From the human T2T-CHM13v2.0 reference genome, Homo sapiens, in assembly GCF_009914755.1 (NCBI RefSeq), contig NC_060941.1: a stretch of DNA of 64,000 nt, one strand, 5' to 3'. The notes beneath the pieces were generated by a model. The model did not search any database and was not told where the DNA came from. It saw nothing but the letters and a program-made list of their open reading frames with translations. Below are positions 1 to 11,600 of the stretch, one piece after another; within the stretch, counting starts at the first letter, position 1, and every line of letters starts with the position of its first letter. A program made the position numbers and the translations under genes.

Positions 1-70
1 CTTTGATAGTTCAGGTTTGAAACACTCTTTTTGTAGGATCTGCAAGTGGATATTTGGACCACTCTGTGGC

Positions 71-87
71 CTTCGTTCGAAACGGGT
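71..87 (+). promoter_or_regulatory. CENP-B box (intact core), recurring in each HOR
   Basis: CTTCGTTCGAAACGGGT matches nTTCGnnnnAnnCGGGn. Confidence 0.9.
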
Positions 88-241
88 ATATCTTCGCATA
101 AAATCTAGACAGAAGCCTTCTCAGAAACTTCTCTGTGATGATTGCATTCAACTCACAGAGTTGAACCCTCCTATGGATAGAGCAGTGTTGAAACTCTCTT
201 TTTGTGGAATCTGCAAGTGGATATGTGGACCTCTCCGAAGA

Positions 242-258
242 TGTCTTTGGAAACGGGA
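242..258 (+). other. Degenerate CENP-B box
   Basis: TGTCTTTGGAAACGGGA: the TTCG half is replaced by GTCT; predicted non-binding. Confidence 0.8.
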
Positions 259-584
259 ATATCTTCACATAAAAACTAAACAGAAGCATTCTCAGAAACT
301 TCTCTGTGATGTTTGTGTTCAACTCCCAGAGTTTCACATTGCTTTTCATAGAGTAGTTCTGAAACATGCTTTTCGTAGTGTCTACAAGTGGACATTTGGA
401 GCGCTTTCAGGCCTGTGGTGGAAAACGAATTATGGTCACATAAAAACTGGAGAGAAGCATTGTCAGAAACTTCTTTGTGATGATTGCATTCAACTCACAG
501 AGTTGAAGGTTCCTTTTCAAAGAGCAGTTTCCAATCACTCTTTCTGTGGAATCTGCAAGTGGATATTTGGACCTATTTTGAAGA

Positions 585-601
585 TTTCGTTGGAAACGGG
601 A
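585..601 (+). promoter_or_regulatory. CENP-B box (canonical), recurring in each HOR
   Basis: TTTCGTTGGAAACGGGA. Confidence 0.93.
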
Positions 602-629
602 GAATCTTCACAGGAAAGCTAAACAGAAG

Positions 630-971
630 CATTCTCAGAAACTTCTTTGTGATGCTTGCATTCAACTCACAGAGTTGAACTTTCCTTTCGAGAGAGAAGC
701 TTTGAAACACTCTTTTTCCAGAATCTGCAAGTGGACATTTGGAGGGCTTTGAGGCCTGTGGTGGAAAAGGAATTATCTTCCCGTAAAAGCTAGATAGAAG
801 CATTCTCAGAAACTACTTTGTGATGATTGCATTCAAGTCACAGAGTTGAACATTCCCTTTGACAGAGCAGTTTGGAAACTCTCTTTGTGTAGAATCTGCA
901 AGTGGAGATATGGACCGCTTTGAGGCCTATGGTAGTAAAGGAAATAGCTTCATATAAAAGCTAGACAGTAG
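630..971 (+). repeat. A-type monomer pair (W4/W5-like) with pJ-alpha-like box in place of the CENP-B box
   Basis: CCTGTGGTGGAAAAGGAA and CCTATGGTAGTAAAGGAA at the box position. The same holds for monomers starting 287, 1475, 2152 and 2323, giving six A-type monomers per HOR. Confidence 0.8.
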
Positions 972-1097
972 CATTCACAGAAAACTCTTGGTGACGACTG
1001 AGTTTAACTCACAGAGCTGAACATTCCTTTGGATGGAGCAGTTTCGAAACACACTATTTGTAGAATGTGCAAGTGGATATTTAGGCCTCTCTGAGGA

Positions 1098-1114
1098 TTT
1101 CGTTGGAAACGGGT
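1098..1114 (+). promoter_or_regulatory. CENP-B box (intact core; last base T/A polymorphic among copies)
   Basis: TTTCGTTGGAAACGGGT here; ends GGGA in half of the copies. Confidence 0.92.
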
Positions 1115-1264
1115 TAAACCGCACAGAACTAAACAGAAGCATTCTCAGAACCTTCTTCGTGATGTTTGCATTCAACTCACAGTGTTGAACCTTTCTTTGA
1201 TAGTTCAGGTTTGAAACGGTCTTTCTGCAGAAACTGCAAGTAGATATTTGGACCGCTCTGAGGA

Positions 1265-1281
1265 TTTCGTTGGAAACGGGA
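1265..1281 (+). promoter_or_regulatory. CENP-B box (canonical), recurring in each HOR
   Basis: TTTCGTTGGAAACGGGA. Confidence 0.93.
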
Positions 1282-1432
1282 TAACCCGCACAGAACTAAA
1301 ACAGAAGCATTCTCAGAACCCTCTTCGTGATGTTTGCATTCAACTCACAGTGCTGAACCTTTCTTTGATAGTTCAGCTTTGAAACACTCTTTTTGTAGAA
1401 ACTGCAAGTGGATATTTGGTCCTCTCTGAGGA

Positions 1433-1449
1433 TTTCGTTGGAAACGGGA
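1433..1449 (+). promoter_or_regulatory. CENP-B box (canonical), recurring in each HOR
   Basis: TTTCGTTGGAAACGGGA. Confidence 0.93.
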
Positions 1450-1769
1450 TAAACTGCACAGAACTAAACAGAAGCATTCTCAGAACCTTCTTCGTGATGT
1501 CTGCATTCAACTCACAGTGTGGAACCTTTCTTTGATAGTTCAGGTTTGAAACACTCTTTTTGTAGAAACTGCAAGGGGATAATTGCACTCTTTGAGGAGT
1601 ACCGTAGTAAAGGAAATAACTTCCTATAAAAAGAAGACAGAAGCTTTCTCAGAAAATTCTTTGGGATGATTGAGTTGAACTCACAGAGCTGAGCATTCCT
1701 TGCGATGTAGCAGTTTAGAAACACACTTTCTGCAGAATCTGCAAGTGCATATTTGGACCTCTGTGAGGA

Positions 1770-1786
1770 ATTCGTTGGAAACGGGA
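1770..1786 (+). promoter_or_regulatory. CENP-B box (intact core) overlapping the HOR-defining EcoRI site
   Basis: ATTCGTTGGAAACGGGA; GAATTC at 1768-1773. Confidence 0.9.
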
Positions 1787-1935
1787 TAATTTCAGCTGAC
1801 TAAACAGAAGCAGTCTCAGAATCTTCTTTGTGATGTTTGCATTCAAATCCCCGAGTTGAACTTTCCTTTCAAAGTTCACGTTTGAAACACTCTTTTTGCA
1901 GGATCTACAAGTGGATATTTGGACCACTCTGTGTC

Positions 1936-1952
1936 CTTCGTTCGAAACGGGT
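1936..1952 (+). promoter_or_regulatory. CENP-B box (intact core), recurring in each HOR
   Basis: CTTCGTTCGAAACGGGT. Confidence 0.9.
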
Positions 1953-2106
1953 ATATCTTCACATGACATCTAGACAGAAGCATCCTCAGAAGCTTCTCTG
2001 TGATGACTGCATTCAACTCACGGAGTTGAACACTCCTTTTGAGAGCGCAGTTTTGAAACTCTCTTTCTGTGGCATCTGCAAGGGGACATGTAGACCTCTT
2101 TGAAGA

Positions 2107-2123
2107 TTTCGTTGGAAACGGAA
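2107..2123 (+). other. Degenerate CENP-B box
   Basis: TTTCGTTGGAAACGGAA: core CGGG changed to CGGA. Confidence 0.8.
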
Positions 2124-2619
2124 TCATCTTCACATAAAAACTATACAGATGCATTCTCAGGAACTTTTTGGTGATGTTTGTATTCAACTCCCAGAGTTGA
2201 ACTTTCCTTTGGAAAGAGCAGCTATGAAACACTGTTTTTCTAGAATCTGCAAGTGGACGTTTGGAGGGCTTTGTGGTTTGTGGTGGAAAAGGAAATATCT
2301 TCACCTAAATACTAGATAGAAGCATTCTCAGAAACTGCTTTGTGATGATTGCATTCACCTCACAGAGTTGAACATTCCTATTGATAGAGCAGTTTGGAAA
2401 CACTCTTGTTGTGGAATGTGCAAGTGGAGATTTGGAGCGCTTTGAGGCCTATGGTAGTAAAGGGAATAGCTTCATAGAAAAACTAGACAGAAGCATTCTC
2501 AGAAAATACTTTGTGATGATTGAGTTTAACTCACAGAGCTGAACATTCCTTTGGATGGAGCAGGTTTGAGACACACTTTTTGTAGAATCTACAAGTGGAT
2601 ATTTGGACCTCTCTGAGGA

Positions 2620-2636
2620 TTTCGTTGGAAACGGGA
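2620..2636 (+). promoter_or_regulatory. CENP-B box (canonical), recurring in each HOR
   Basis: TTTCGTTGGAAACGGGA. Confidence 0.93.
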
Positions 2637-5600
2637 TAACTGCACCTAACTAAACGGAAGCATTCTCAGAAACTTCTTGGTGATGTTTGCATTCAAATCC
2701 CAGAGTTGAACCTTCCTTTGATAGTTCAGGTTTGAAACACTCTTTTTGTAGGATCTGCAAGTGGATATTTGGACCACTCTGTGGCCTTCGTTCGAAACGG
2801 GTATATCTTCGCATAAAATCTAGACAGAAGCCTTCTCAGAAACTTCTCTGTGATGATTGCATTCAACTCACAGAGTTGAACCCTCCTATGGATAGAGCAG
2901 TGTTGAAACTCTCTTTTTGTGGAATCTGCAAGTGGATATGTGGACCTCTCCGAAGATGTCTTTGGAAACGGGAATATCTTCACATAAAAACTAAACAGAA
3001 GCATTCTCAGAAACTTCTCTGTGATGTTTGTGTTCAACTCCCAGAGTTTCACATTGCTTTTCATAGAGTAGTTCTGAAACATGCTTTTCGTAGTGTCTAC
3101 AAGTGGACATTTGGAGCGCTTTCAGGCCTGTGGTGGAAAACGAATTATGGTCACATAAAAACTGGAGAGAAGCATTGTCAGAAACTTCTTTGTGATGATT
3201 GCATTCAACTCACAGAGTTGAAGGTTCCTTTTCAAAGAGCAGTTTCCAATCACTCTTTCTGTGGAATCTGCAAGTGGATATTTGGACCTATTTTGAAGAT
3301 TTCGTTGGAAACGGGAGAATCTTCACAGGAAAGCTAAACAGAAGCATTCTCAGAAACTTCTTTGTGATGCTTGCATTCAACTCACAGAGTTGAACTTTCC
3401 TTTCGAGAGAGAAGCTTTGAAACACTCTTTTTCCAGAATCTGCAAGTGGACATTTGGAGGGCTTTGAGGCCTGTGGTGGAAAAGGAATTATCTTCCCGTA
3501 AAAGCTAGATAGAAGCATTCTCAGAAACTACTTTGTGATGATTGCATTCAAGTCACAGAGTTGAACATTCCCTTTGACAGAGCAGTTTGGAAACTCTCTT
3601 TGTGTAGAATCTGCAAGTGGAGATATGGACCGCTTTGAGGCCTATGGTAGTAAAGGAAATAGCTTCATATAAAAGCTAGACAGTAGCATTCACAGAAAAC
3701 TCTTGGTGACGACTGAGTTTAACTCACAGAGCTGAACATTCCTTTGGATGGAGCAGTTTCGAAACACACTATTTGTAGAATGTGCAAGTGGATATTTAGG
3801 CCTCTCTGAGGATTTCGTTGGAAACGGGTTAAACCGCACAGAACTAAACAGAAGCATTCTCAGAACCTTCTTCGTGATGTTTGCATTCAACTCACAGTGT
3901 TGAACCTTTCTTTGATAGTTCAGGTTTGAAACGGTCTTTCTGCAGAAACTGCAAGTAGATATTTGGACCTCTCTGAGGATTTCGTTGGAAACGGGATAAC
4001 CCGCACAGAACTAAAACAGAAGCCTTCTCAGAACCCTCTTCGTGATGTTTGCATTCAACTCACAGTGCTGAACCTTTCTTTGATAGTTCAGCTTTGAAAC
4101 ACTCTTTTTGTAGAAACTGCAAGTGGATATTTGGTCCTCTCTGAGCATTTCGTTGGAAACGGGATAAACTGCACAGAACTAAACAGAAGCATTCTCAGAA
4201 CCTTCTTCGTGATGTCTGCATTCAACTCACAGTGTGGAACCTTTCTTTGATAGTTCAGGTTTGAAACACTCTTTTTGTAGAAACTGCAAGGGGATAATTG
4301 CACTCTTTGAGGAGTACCGTAGTAAAGGAAATAACTTCCTATAAAAAGAAGACAGAAGCTTTCTCAGAAAATTCTTTGGGATGATTGAGTTGAACTCACA
4401 GAGCTGAGCATTCCTTGCGATGTAGCAGTTTAGAAACACACTTTCTGCAGAATCTGCAAGTGCATATTTGGACCTCTGTGAGGAATTCGTTGGAAACGGG
4501 ATAATTTCAGCTGACTAAACAGAAGCAGTCTCAGAATCTTCTTTGTGATGTTTGCATTCAAATCCCCGAGTTGAACTTTCCTTTCAAAGTTCACGTTTGA
4601 AACACTCTTTTTGCAGGATCTACAAGTGGATATTTGGACCACTCTGTGTCCTTCGTTCGAAACGGGTATATCTTCACATGACATCTAGACAGAAGCATCC
4701 TCAGAAGCTTCTCTGTGATGACTGCATTCAACTCACGGAGTTGAACACTCCTTTTGAGAGCGCAGTTTTGAAACTCTCTTTCTGTGGCATCTGCAAGGGG
4801 ACATGTAGACCTCTTTGAAGATTTCGTTGGAAACGGAATCATCTTCACATAAAAACTATACAGATGCATTCTCAGGAACTTTTTGGTGATGTTTGTATTC
4901 AACTCCCAGAGTTGAACTTTCCTTTGGAAAGAGCAGCTATGAAACACTGTTTTTCTAGAATCTGCAAGTGGACGTTTGGAGGGCTTTGTGGTTTGTGGTG
5001 GAAAAGGAAATATCTTCACCTAAATACTAGATAGAAGCATTCTCAGAAACTGCTTTGTGATGATTGCATTCACCTCACAGAGTTGAACATTCCTATTGAT
5101 AGAGCAGTTTGGAAACACTCTTGTTGTGGAATGTGCAAGTGGAGATTTGGAGCGCTTTGAGGCCTATGGTAGTAAAGGGAATAGCTTCATAGAAAAACTA
5201 GACAGAAGCATTCTCAGAAAATACTTTGTGATGATTGAGTTTAACTCACAGAGCTGAACATTCCTTTGGATGGAGCAGGTTTGAGACACACCTTTTGTAG
5301 AATCTACAAGTGGATATTTGGACCTCTCTGAGGATTTCGTTGGAAACGGGATAACTGCACCTAACTAAACGGAAGCATTCTCAGAAACTTCTTGGTGATG
5401 TTTGCATTCAAATCCCAGAGTTGAACCTTCCTTTGATAGTTCAGGTTTGAAACACTCTTTTTGTAGGATCTGCAAGTGGATATTTGGACCACTCTGTGGC
5501 CTTCGTTCGAAACGGGTATATCTTCGCATAAAATCTAGACAGAAGCCTTCTCAGAAACTTCTCTGTGATGATTGCATTCAACTCACAGAGTTGAACCCTC

Positions 5601-8600
5601 CTATGGATAGAGCAGTGTTGAAACTCTCTTTTTGTGGAATCTGCAAGTGGATATGTGGACCTCTCCGAAGATGTCTTTGGAAACGGGAATATCTTCACAT
5701 AAAAACTAAACAGAAGCATTCTCAGAAACTTCTCTGTGATGTTTGTGTTCAACTCCCAGAGTTTCACATTGCTTTTCATAGAGTAGTTCTGAAACATGCT
5801 TTTCGTAGTGTCTACAAGTGGACATTTGGAGCGCTTTCAGGCCTGTGGTGGAAAACGAATTATGGTCACATAAAAACTGGAGAGAAGCATTGTCAGAAAC
5901 TTCTTTGTGATGATTGCATTCAACTCACAGAGTTGAAGGTTCCTTTTCAAAGAGCAGTTTCCAATCACTCTTTCTGTGGAATCTGCAAGTGGATATTTGG
6001 ACCTATTTTGAAGATTTCGTTGGAAACGGGAGAATCTTCACAGGAAAGCTAAACAGAAGCATTCTCAGAAACTTCTTTGTGATGCTTGCATTCAACTCAC
6101 AGAGTTGAACTTTCCTTTCGAGAGAGAAGCTTTGAAACACTCTTTTTCCAGAATCTGCAAGTGGACATTTGGAGGGCTTTGAGGCCTGTGGTGGAAAAGG
6201 AATTATCTTCCCGTAAAAGCTAGATAGAAGCATTCTCAGAAACTACTTTGTGATGATTGCATTCAAGTCACAGAGTTGAACATTCCCTTTGACAGAGCAG
6301 TTTGGAAACTCTCTTTGTGTAGAATCTGCAAGTGGAGATATGGACCGCTTTGAGGCCTATGGTAGTAAAGGAAATAGCTTCATATAAAAGCTAGACAGTA
6401 GCATTCACAGAAAACTCTTGGTGACGACTGAGTTTAACTCACAGAGCTGAACATTCCTTTGGATGGAGCAGTTTCGAAACACACTATTTGTAGAATGTGC
6501 AAGTGGATATTTAGGCCTCTCTGAGGATTTCGTTGGAAACGGGTTAAACCGCACAGAACTAAACAGAAGCATTCTCAGAACCTTCTTCGTGATGTTTGCA
6601 TTCAACTCACAGTGTTGAACCTTTCTTTGATAGTTCAGGTTTGAAACGGTCTTTCTGCAGAAACTGCAAGTAGATATTTGGACCGCTCTGAGGATTTCGT
6701 TGGAAACGGGATAACCCGCACAGAACTAAAACAGAAGCATTCTCAGAACCCTCTTCGTGATGTTTGCATTCAACTCACAGTGCTGAACCTTTCTTTGATA
6801 GTTCAGCTTTGAAACACTCTTTTTGTAGAAACTGCAAGTGGATATTTGGTCCTCTCTGAGCATTTCGTTGGAAACGGGATAAACTGCACAGAACTAAACA
6901 GAAGCATTCTCAGAACCTTCTTCGTGATGTCTGCATTCAACTCACAGTGTGGAACCTTTCTTTGATAGTTCAGGTTTGAAACACTCTTTTTGTAGAAACT
7001 GCAAGGGGATAATTGCACTCTTTGAGGAGTACCGTAGTAAAGGAAATAACTTCCTATAAAAAGAAGACAGAAGCTTTCTCAGAAAATTCTTTGGGATGAT
7101 TGAGTTGAACTCACAGAGCTGAGCATTCCTTGCGATGTAGCAGTTTAGAAACACACTTTCTGCAGAATCTGCAAGTGCATATTTGGACCTCTGTGAGGAA
7201 TTCGTTGGAAACGGGATAATTTCAGCTGACTAAACAGAAGCAGTCTCAGAATCTTCTTTGTGATGTTTGCATTCAAATCCCCGAGTTGAACTTTCCTTTC
7301 AAAGTTCACGTTTGAAACACTCTTTTTGCAGGATCTACAAGTGGATATTTGGACCACTCTGTGTCCTTCGTTCGAAACGGGTATATCTTCACATGACATC
7401 TAGACAGAAGCATCCTCAGAAGCTTCTCTGTGATGACTGCATTCAACTCACGGAGTTGAACACTCCTTTTGAGAGCGCAGTTTTGAAACTCTCTTTCTGT
7501 GGCATCTGCAAGGGGACATGTAGACCTCTTTGAAGATTTCGTTGGAAACGGAATCATCTTCACATAAAAACTATACAGATGCATTCTCAGGAACTTTTTG
7601 GTGATGTTTGTATTCAACTCCCAGAGTTGAACTTTCCTTTGGAAAGAGCAGCTATGAAACACTGTTTTTCTAGAATCTGCAAGTGGACGTTTGGAGGGCT
7701 TTGTGGTTTGTGGTGGAAAAGGAAATATCTTCACCTAAATACTAGATAGAAGCATTCTCAGAAACTGCTTTGTGATGATTGCATTCACCTCACAGAGTTG
7801 AACATTCCTATTGATAGAGCAGTTTGGAAACACTCTTGTTGTGGAATGTGCAAGTGGAGATTTGGAGCGCTTTGAGGCCTATGGTAGTAAAGGGAATAGC
7901 TTCATAGAAAAACTAGACAGAAGCATTCTCAGAAAATACTTTGTGATGATTGAGTTTAACTCACAGAGCTGAACATTCCTTTGGATGGAGCAGGTTTGAG
8001 ACACACCTTTTGTAGAATCTACAAGTGGATATTTGGACCTCTCTGAGGATTTCGTTGGAAACGGGATAACTGCACCTAACTAAACGGAAGCATTCTCAGA
8101 AACTTCTTGGTGATGTTTGCATTCAAATCCCAGAGTTGAACCTTCCTTTGATAGTTCAGGTTTGAAACACTCTTTTTGTAGGATCTGCAAGTGGATATTT
8201 GGACCACTCTGTGGCCTTCGTTCGAAACGGGTATATCTTCGCATAAAATCTAGACAGAAGCCTTCTCAGAAACTTCTCTGTGATGATTGCATTCAACTCA
8301 CAGAGTTGAACCCTCCTATGGATAGAGCAGTGTTGAAACTCTCTTTTTGTGGAATCTGCAAGTGGATATGTGGACCTCTCCGAAGATGTCTTTGGAAACG
8401 GGAATATCTTCACATAAAAACTAAACAGAAGCATTCTCAGAAACTTCTCTGTGATGTTTGTGTTCAACTCCCAGAGTTTCACATTGCTTTTCATAGAGTA
8501 GTTCTGAAACATGCTTTTCGTAGTGTCTACAAGTGGACATTTGGAGCGCTTTCAGGCCTGTGGTGGAAAACGAATTATGGTCACATAAAAACTGGAGAGA

Positions 8601-11600
8601 AGCATTGTCAGAAACTTCTTTGTGATGATTGCATTCAACTCACAGAGTTGAAGGTTCCTTTTCAAAGAGCAGTTTCCAATCACTCTTTCTGTGGAATCTG
8701 CAAGTGGATATTTGGACCTATTTTGAAGATTTCGTTGGAAACGGGAGAATCTTCACAGGAAAGCTAAACAGAAGCATTCTCAGAAACTTCTTTGTGATGC
8801 TTGCATTCAACTCACAGAGTTGAACTTTCCTTTCGAGAGAGAAGCTTTGAAACACTCTTTTTCCAGAATCTGCAAGTGGACATTTGGAGGGCTTTGAGGC
8901 CTGTGGTGGAAAAGGAATTATCTTCCCGTAAAAGCTAGATAGAAGCATTCTCAGAAACTACTTTGTGATGATTGCATTCAAGTCACAGAGTTGAACATTC
9001 CCTTTGACAGAGCAGTTTGGAAACTCTCTTTGTGTAGAATCTGCAAGTGGAGATATGGACCGCTTTGAGGCCTATGGTAGTAAAGGAAATAGCTTCATAT
9101 AAAAGCTAGACAGTAGCATTCACAGAAAACTCTTGGTGACGACTGAGTTTAACTCACAGAGCTGAACATTCCTTTGGATGGAGCAGTTTCGAAACACACT
9201 ATTTGTAGAATGTGCAAGTGGATATTTAGGCCTCTCTGAGGATTTCGTTGGAAACGGGTTAAACCGCACAGAACTAAACAGAAGCATTCTCAGAACCTTC
9301 TTCGTGATGTTTGCATTCAACTCACAGTGTTGAACCTTTCTTTGATAGTTCAGGTTTGAAACGGTCTTTCTGCAGAAACTGCAAGTAGATATTTGGACCT
9401 CTCTGAGGATTTCGTTGGAAACGGGATAACCCGCACAGAACTAAAACAGAAGCATTCTCAGAACCCTCTTCGTGATGTTTGCATTCAACTCACAGTGCTG
9501 AACCTTTCTTTGATAGTTCAGCTTTGAAACACTCTTTTTGTAGAAACTGCAAGTGGATATTTGGTCCTCTCTGAGCATTTCGTTGGAAACGGGATAAACT
9601 GCACAGAACTAAACAGAAGCATTCTCAGAACCTTCTTCGTGATGTCTGCATTCAACTCACAGTGTGGAACCTTTCTTTGATAGTTCAGGTTTGAAACACT
9701 CTTTTTGTAGAAACTGCAAGGGGATAATTGCACTCTTTGAGGAGTACCGTAGTAAAGGAAATAACTTCCTATAAAAAGAAGACAGAAGCTTTCTCAGAAA
9801 ATTCTTTGGGATGATTGAGTTGAACTCACAGAGCTGAGCATTCCTTGCGATGTAGCAGTTTAGAAACACACTTTCTGCAGAATCTGCAAGTGCATATTTG
9901 GACCTCTGTGAGGAATTCGTTGGAAACGGGATAATTTCAGCTGACTAAACAGAAGCAGTCTCAGAATCTTCTTTGTGATGTTTGCATTCAAATCCCCGAG
10001 TTGAACTTTCCTTTCAAAGTTCACGTTTGAAACACTCTTTTTGCAGGATCTACAAGTGGATATTTGGACCACTCTGTGTCCTTCGTTCGAAACGGGTATA
10101 TCTTCACATGACATCTAGACAGAAGCATCCTCAGAAGCTTCTCTGTGATGACTGCATTCAACTCACGGAGTTGAACACTCCTTTTGAGAGCGCAGTTTTG
10201 AAACTCTCTTTCTGTGGCATCTGCAAGGGGACATGTAGACCTCTTTGAAGATTTCGTTGGAAACGGAATCATCTTCACATAAAAACTATACAGATGCATT
10301 CTCAGGAACTTTTTGGTGATGTTTGTATTCAACTCCCAGAGTTGAACTTTCCTTTGGAAAGAGCAGCTATGAAACACTGTTTTTCTAGAATCTGCAAGTG
10401 GACGTTTGGAGGGCTTTGTGGTTTGTGGTGGAAAAGGAAATATCTTCACCTAAATACTAGATAGAAGCATTCTCAGAAACTGCTTTGTGATGATTGCATT
10501 CACCTCACAGAGTTGAACATTCCTATTGATAGAGCAGTTTGGAAACACTCTTGTTGTGGAATGTGCAAGTGGAGATTTGGAGCGCTTTGAGGCCTATGGT
10601 AGTAAAGGGAATAGCTTCATAGAAAAACTAGACAGAAGCATTCTCAGAAAATACTTTGTGATGATTGAGTTTAACTCACAGAGCTGAACATTCCTTTGGA
10701 TGGAGCAGGTTTGAGACACACTTTTTGTAGAATCTACAAGTGGATATTTGGACCTCTCTGAGGATTTCGTTGGAAACGGGATAACTGCACCTAACTAAAC
10801 GGAAGCATTCTCAGAAACTTCTTGGTGATGTTTGCATTCAAATCCCAGAGTTGAACCTTCCTTTGATAGTTCAGGTTTGAAACACTCTTTTTGTAGGATC
10901 TGCAAGTGGATATTTGGACCACTCTGTGGCCTTCGTTCGAAACGGGTATATCTTCGCATAAAATCTAGACAGAAGCCTTCTCAGAAACTTCTCTGTGATG
11001 ATTGCATTCAACTCACAGAGTTGAACCCTCCTATGGATAGAGCAGTGTTGAAACTCTCTTTTTGTGGAATCTGCAAGTGGATACGTGGACCTCTCCGAAG
11101 ACGTCTTTGGAAACGGGAATATCTTCACATAAAAACTAAACAGAAGCATTCTCAGAAACTTCTCTGTGATGTTTGTGTTCAACTCCCAGAGTTTCACATT
11201 GCTTTTCATAGAGTAGTTCTGAAACATGCTTTTCGTAGTGTCTACAAGTGGACATTTGGAGCGCTTTCAGGCCTGTGGTGGAAAACGAATTATGGTCACA
11301 TAAAAACTGGAGAGAAGCATTGTCAGAAACTTCTTTGTGATGATTGCATTCAACTCACAGAGTTGAAGGTTCCTTTTCAAAGAGCAGTTTCCAATCACTC
11401 TTTGTGTGGAATCTGCAAGTGGATATTCGGACCTATTTTGAAGATTTCGTTGGAAACGGGAGAATCTTCACAGGAAAGCTAAACAGAAGCATTCTCAGAA
11501 ACTTCTTTGTGATGCTTGCATTCAACTCACAGAGTTGAACTTTCCTTTCGAGAGAGAAGCTTTGAAACACTCTTTTTCCAGAATCTGCAAGTGGACATTT

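Larger units (their letters stand above)
1060..1570 (+). repeat. Internal triplication of a ~167-168-bp monomer-length unit (present in every HOR copy)
   Basis: CTCTGAGGATTTCGTTGGAAACGGG..GCACAGAACTAAA(A)CAGAAGCATTCTCAGAACC..CTTCGTGATGT..CTCACAGTG..GAACCTTTCTTTGATAGTTCAG occurs three times in a row, much more alike than other neighbouring monomers. Boundaries are approximate. Confidence 0.88.
116..2830 (+). repeat. One complete 16-monomer HOR unit (representative)
   Basis: Monomer starts 116, 287, 458, 630, 801, 972, 1140, 1308, 1475, 1644, 1811, 1981, 2152, 2323, 2494, 2661. Lengths 171,171,172,171,171,168,168,167,169,167,170,171,171,171,167,170 sum to 2,715. Inferred SF3 classes from 116: W3 W4 W3 W4 W5 W1 W1-like W1-like W5-like W1 W2 W3 W4 W5 W1 W2. 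Confidence 0.93.

Noticed and set aside
1041-1050. 10-bp palindrome GTTTCGAAAC, broken in copy 7, and short TTCT-C-AGAA dyads at monomer starts
   Set aside because: Too short to be meaningful alone; short dyads are an ordinary property of alpha satellite.
1876-2304. 142-aa and other short minus-strand ORFs repeated with the HOR period
   Set aside because: Overlapping ORFs on both strands of satellite DNA; their conservation reflects array homogenisation, not coding constraint.
2687-3337. 216-aa + strand ORF repeated in every HOR
   Set aside because: It is a translation of four alpha-satellite monomers (171 bp = 57 codons keeps the frame). The track's 'M' falls on TTG, the Cys/His/Lys-rich repeats simply mirror the monomer, and I recognise no domain or gene structure.
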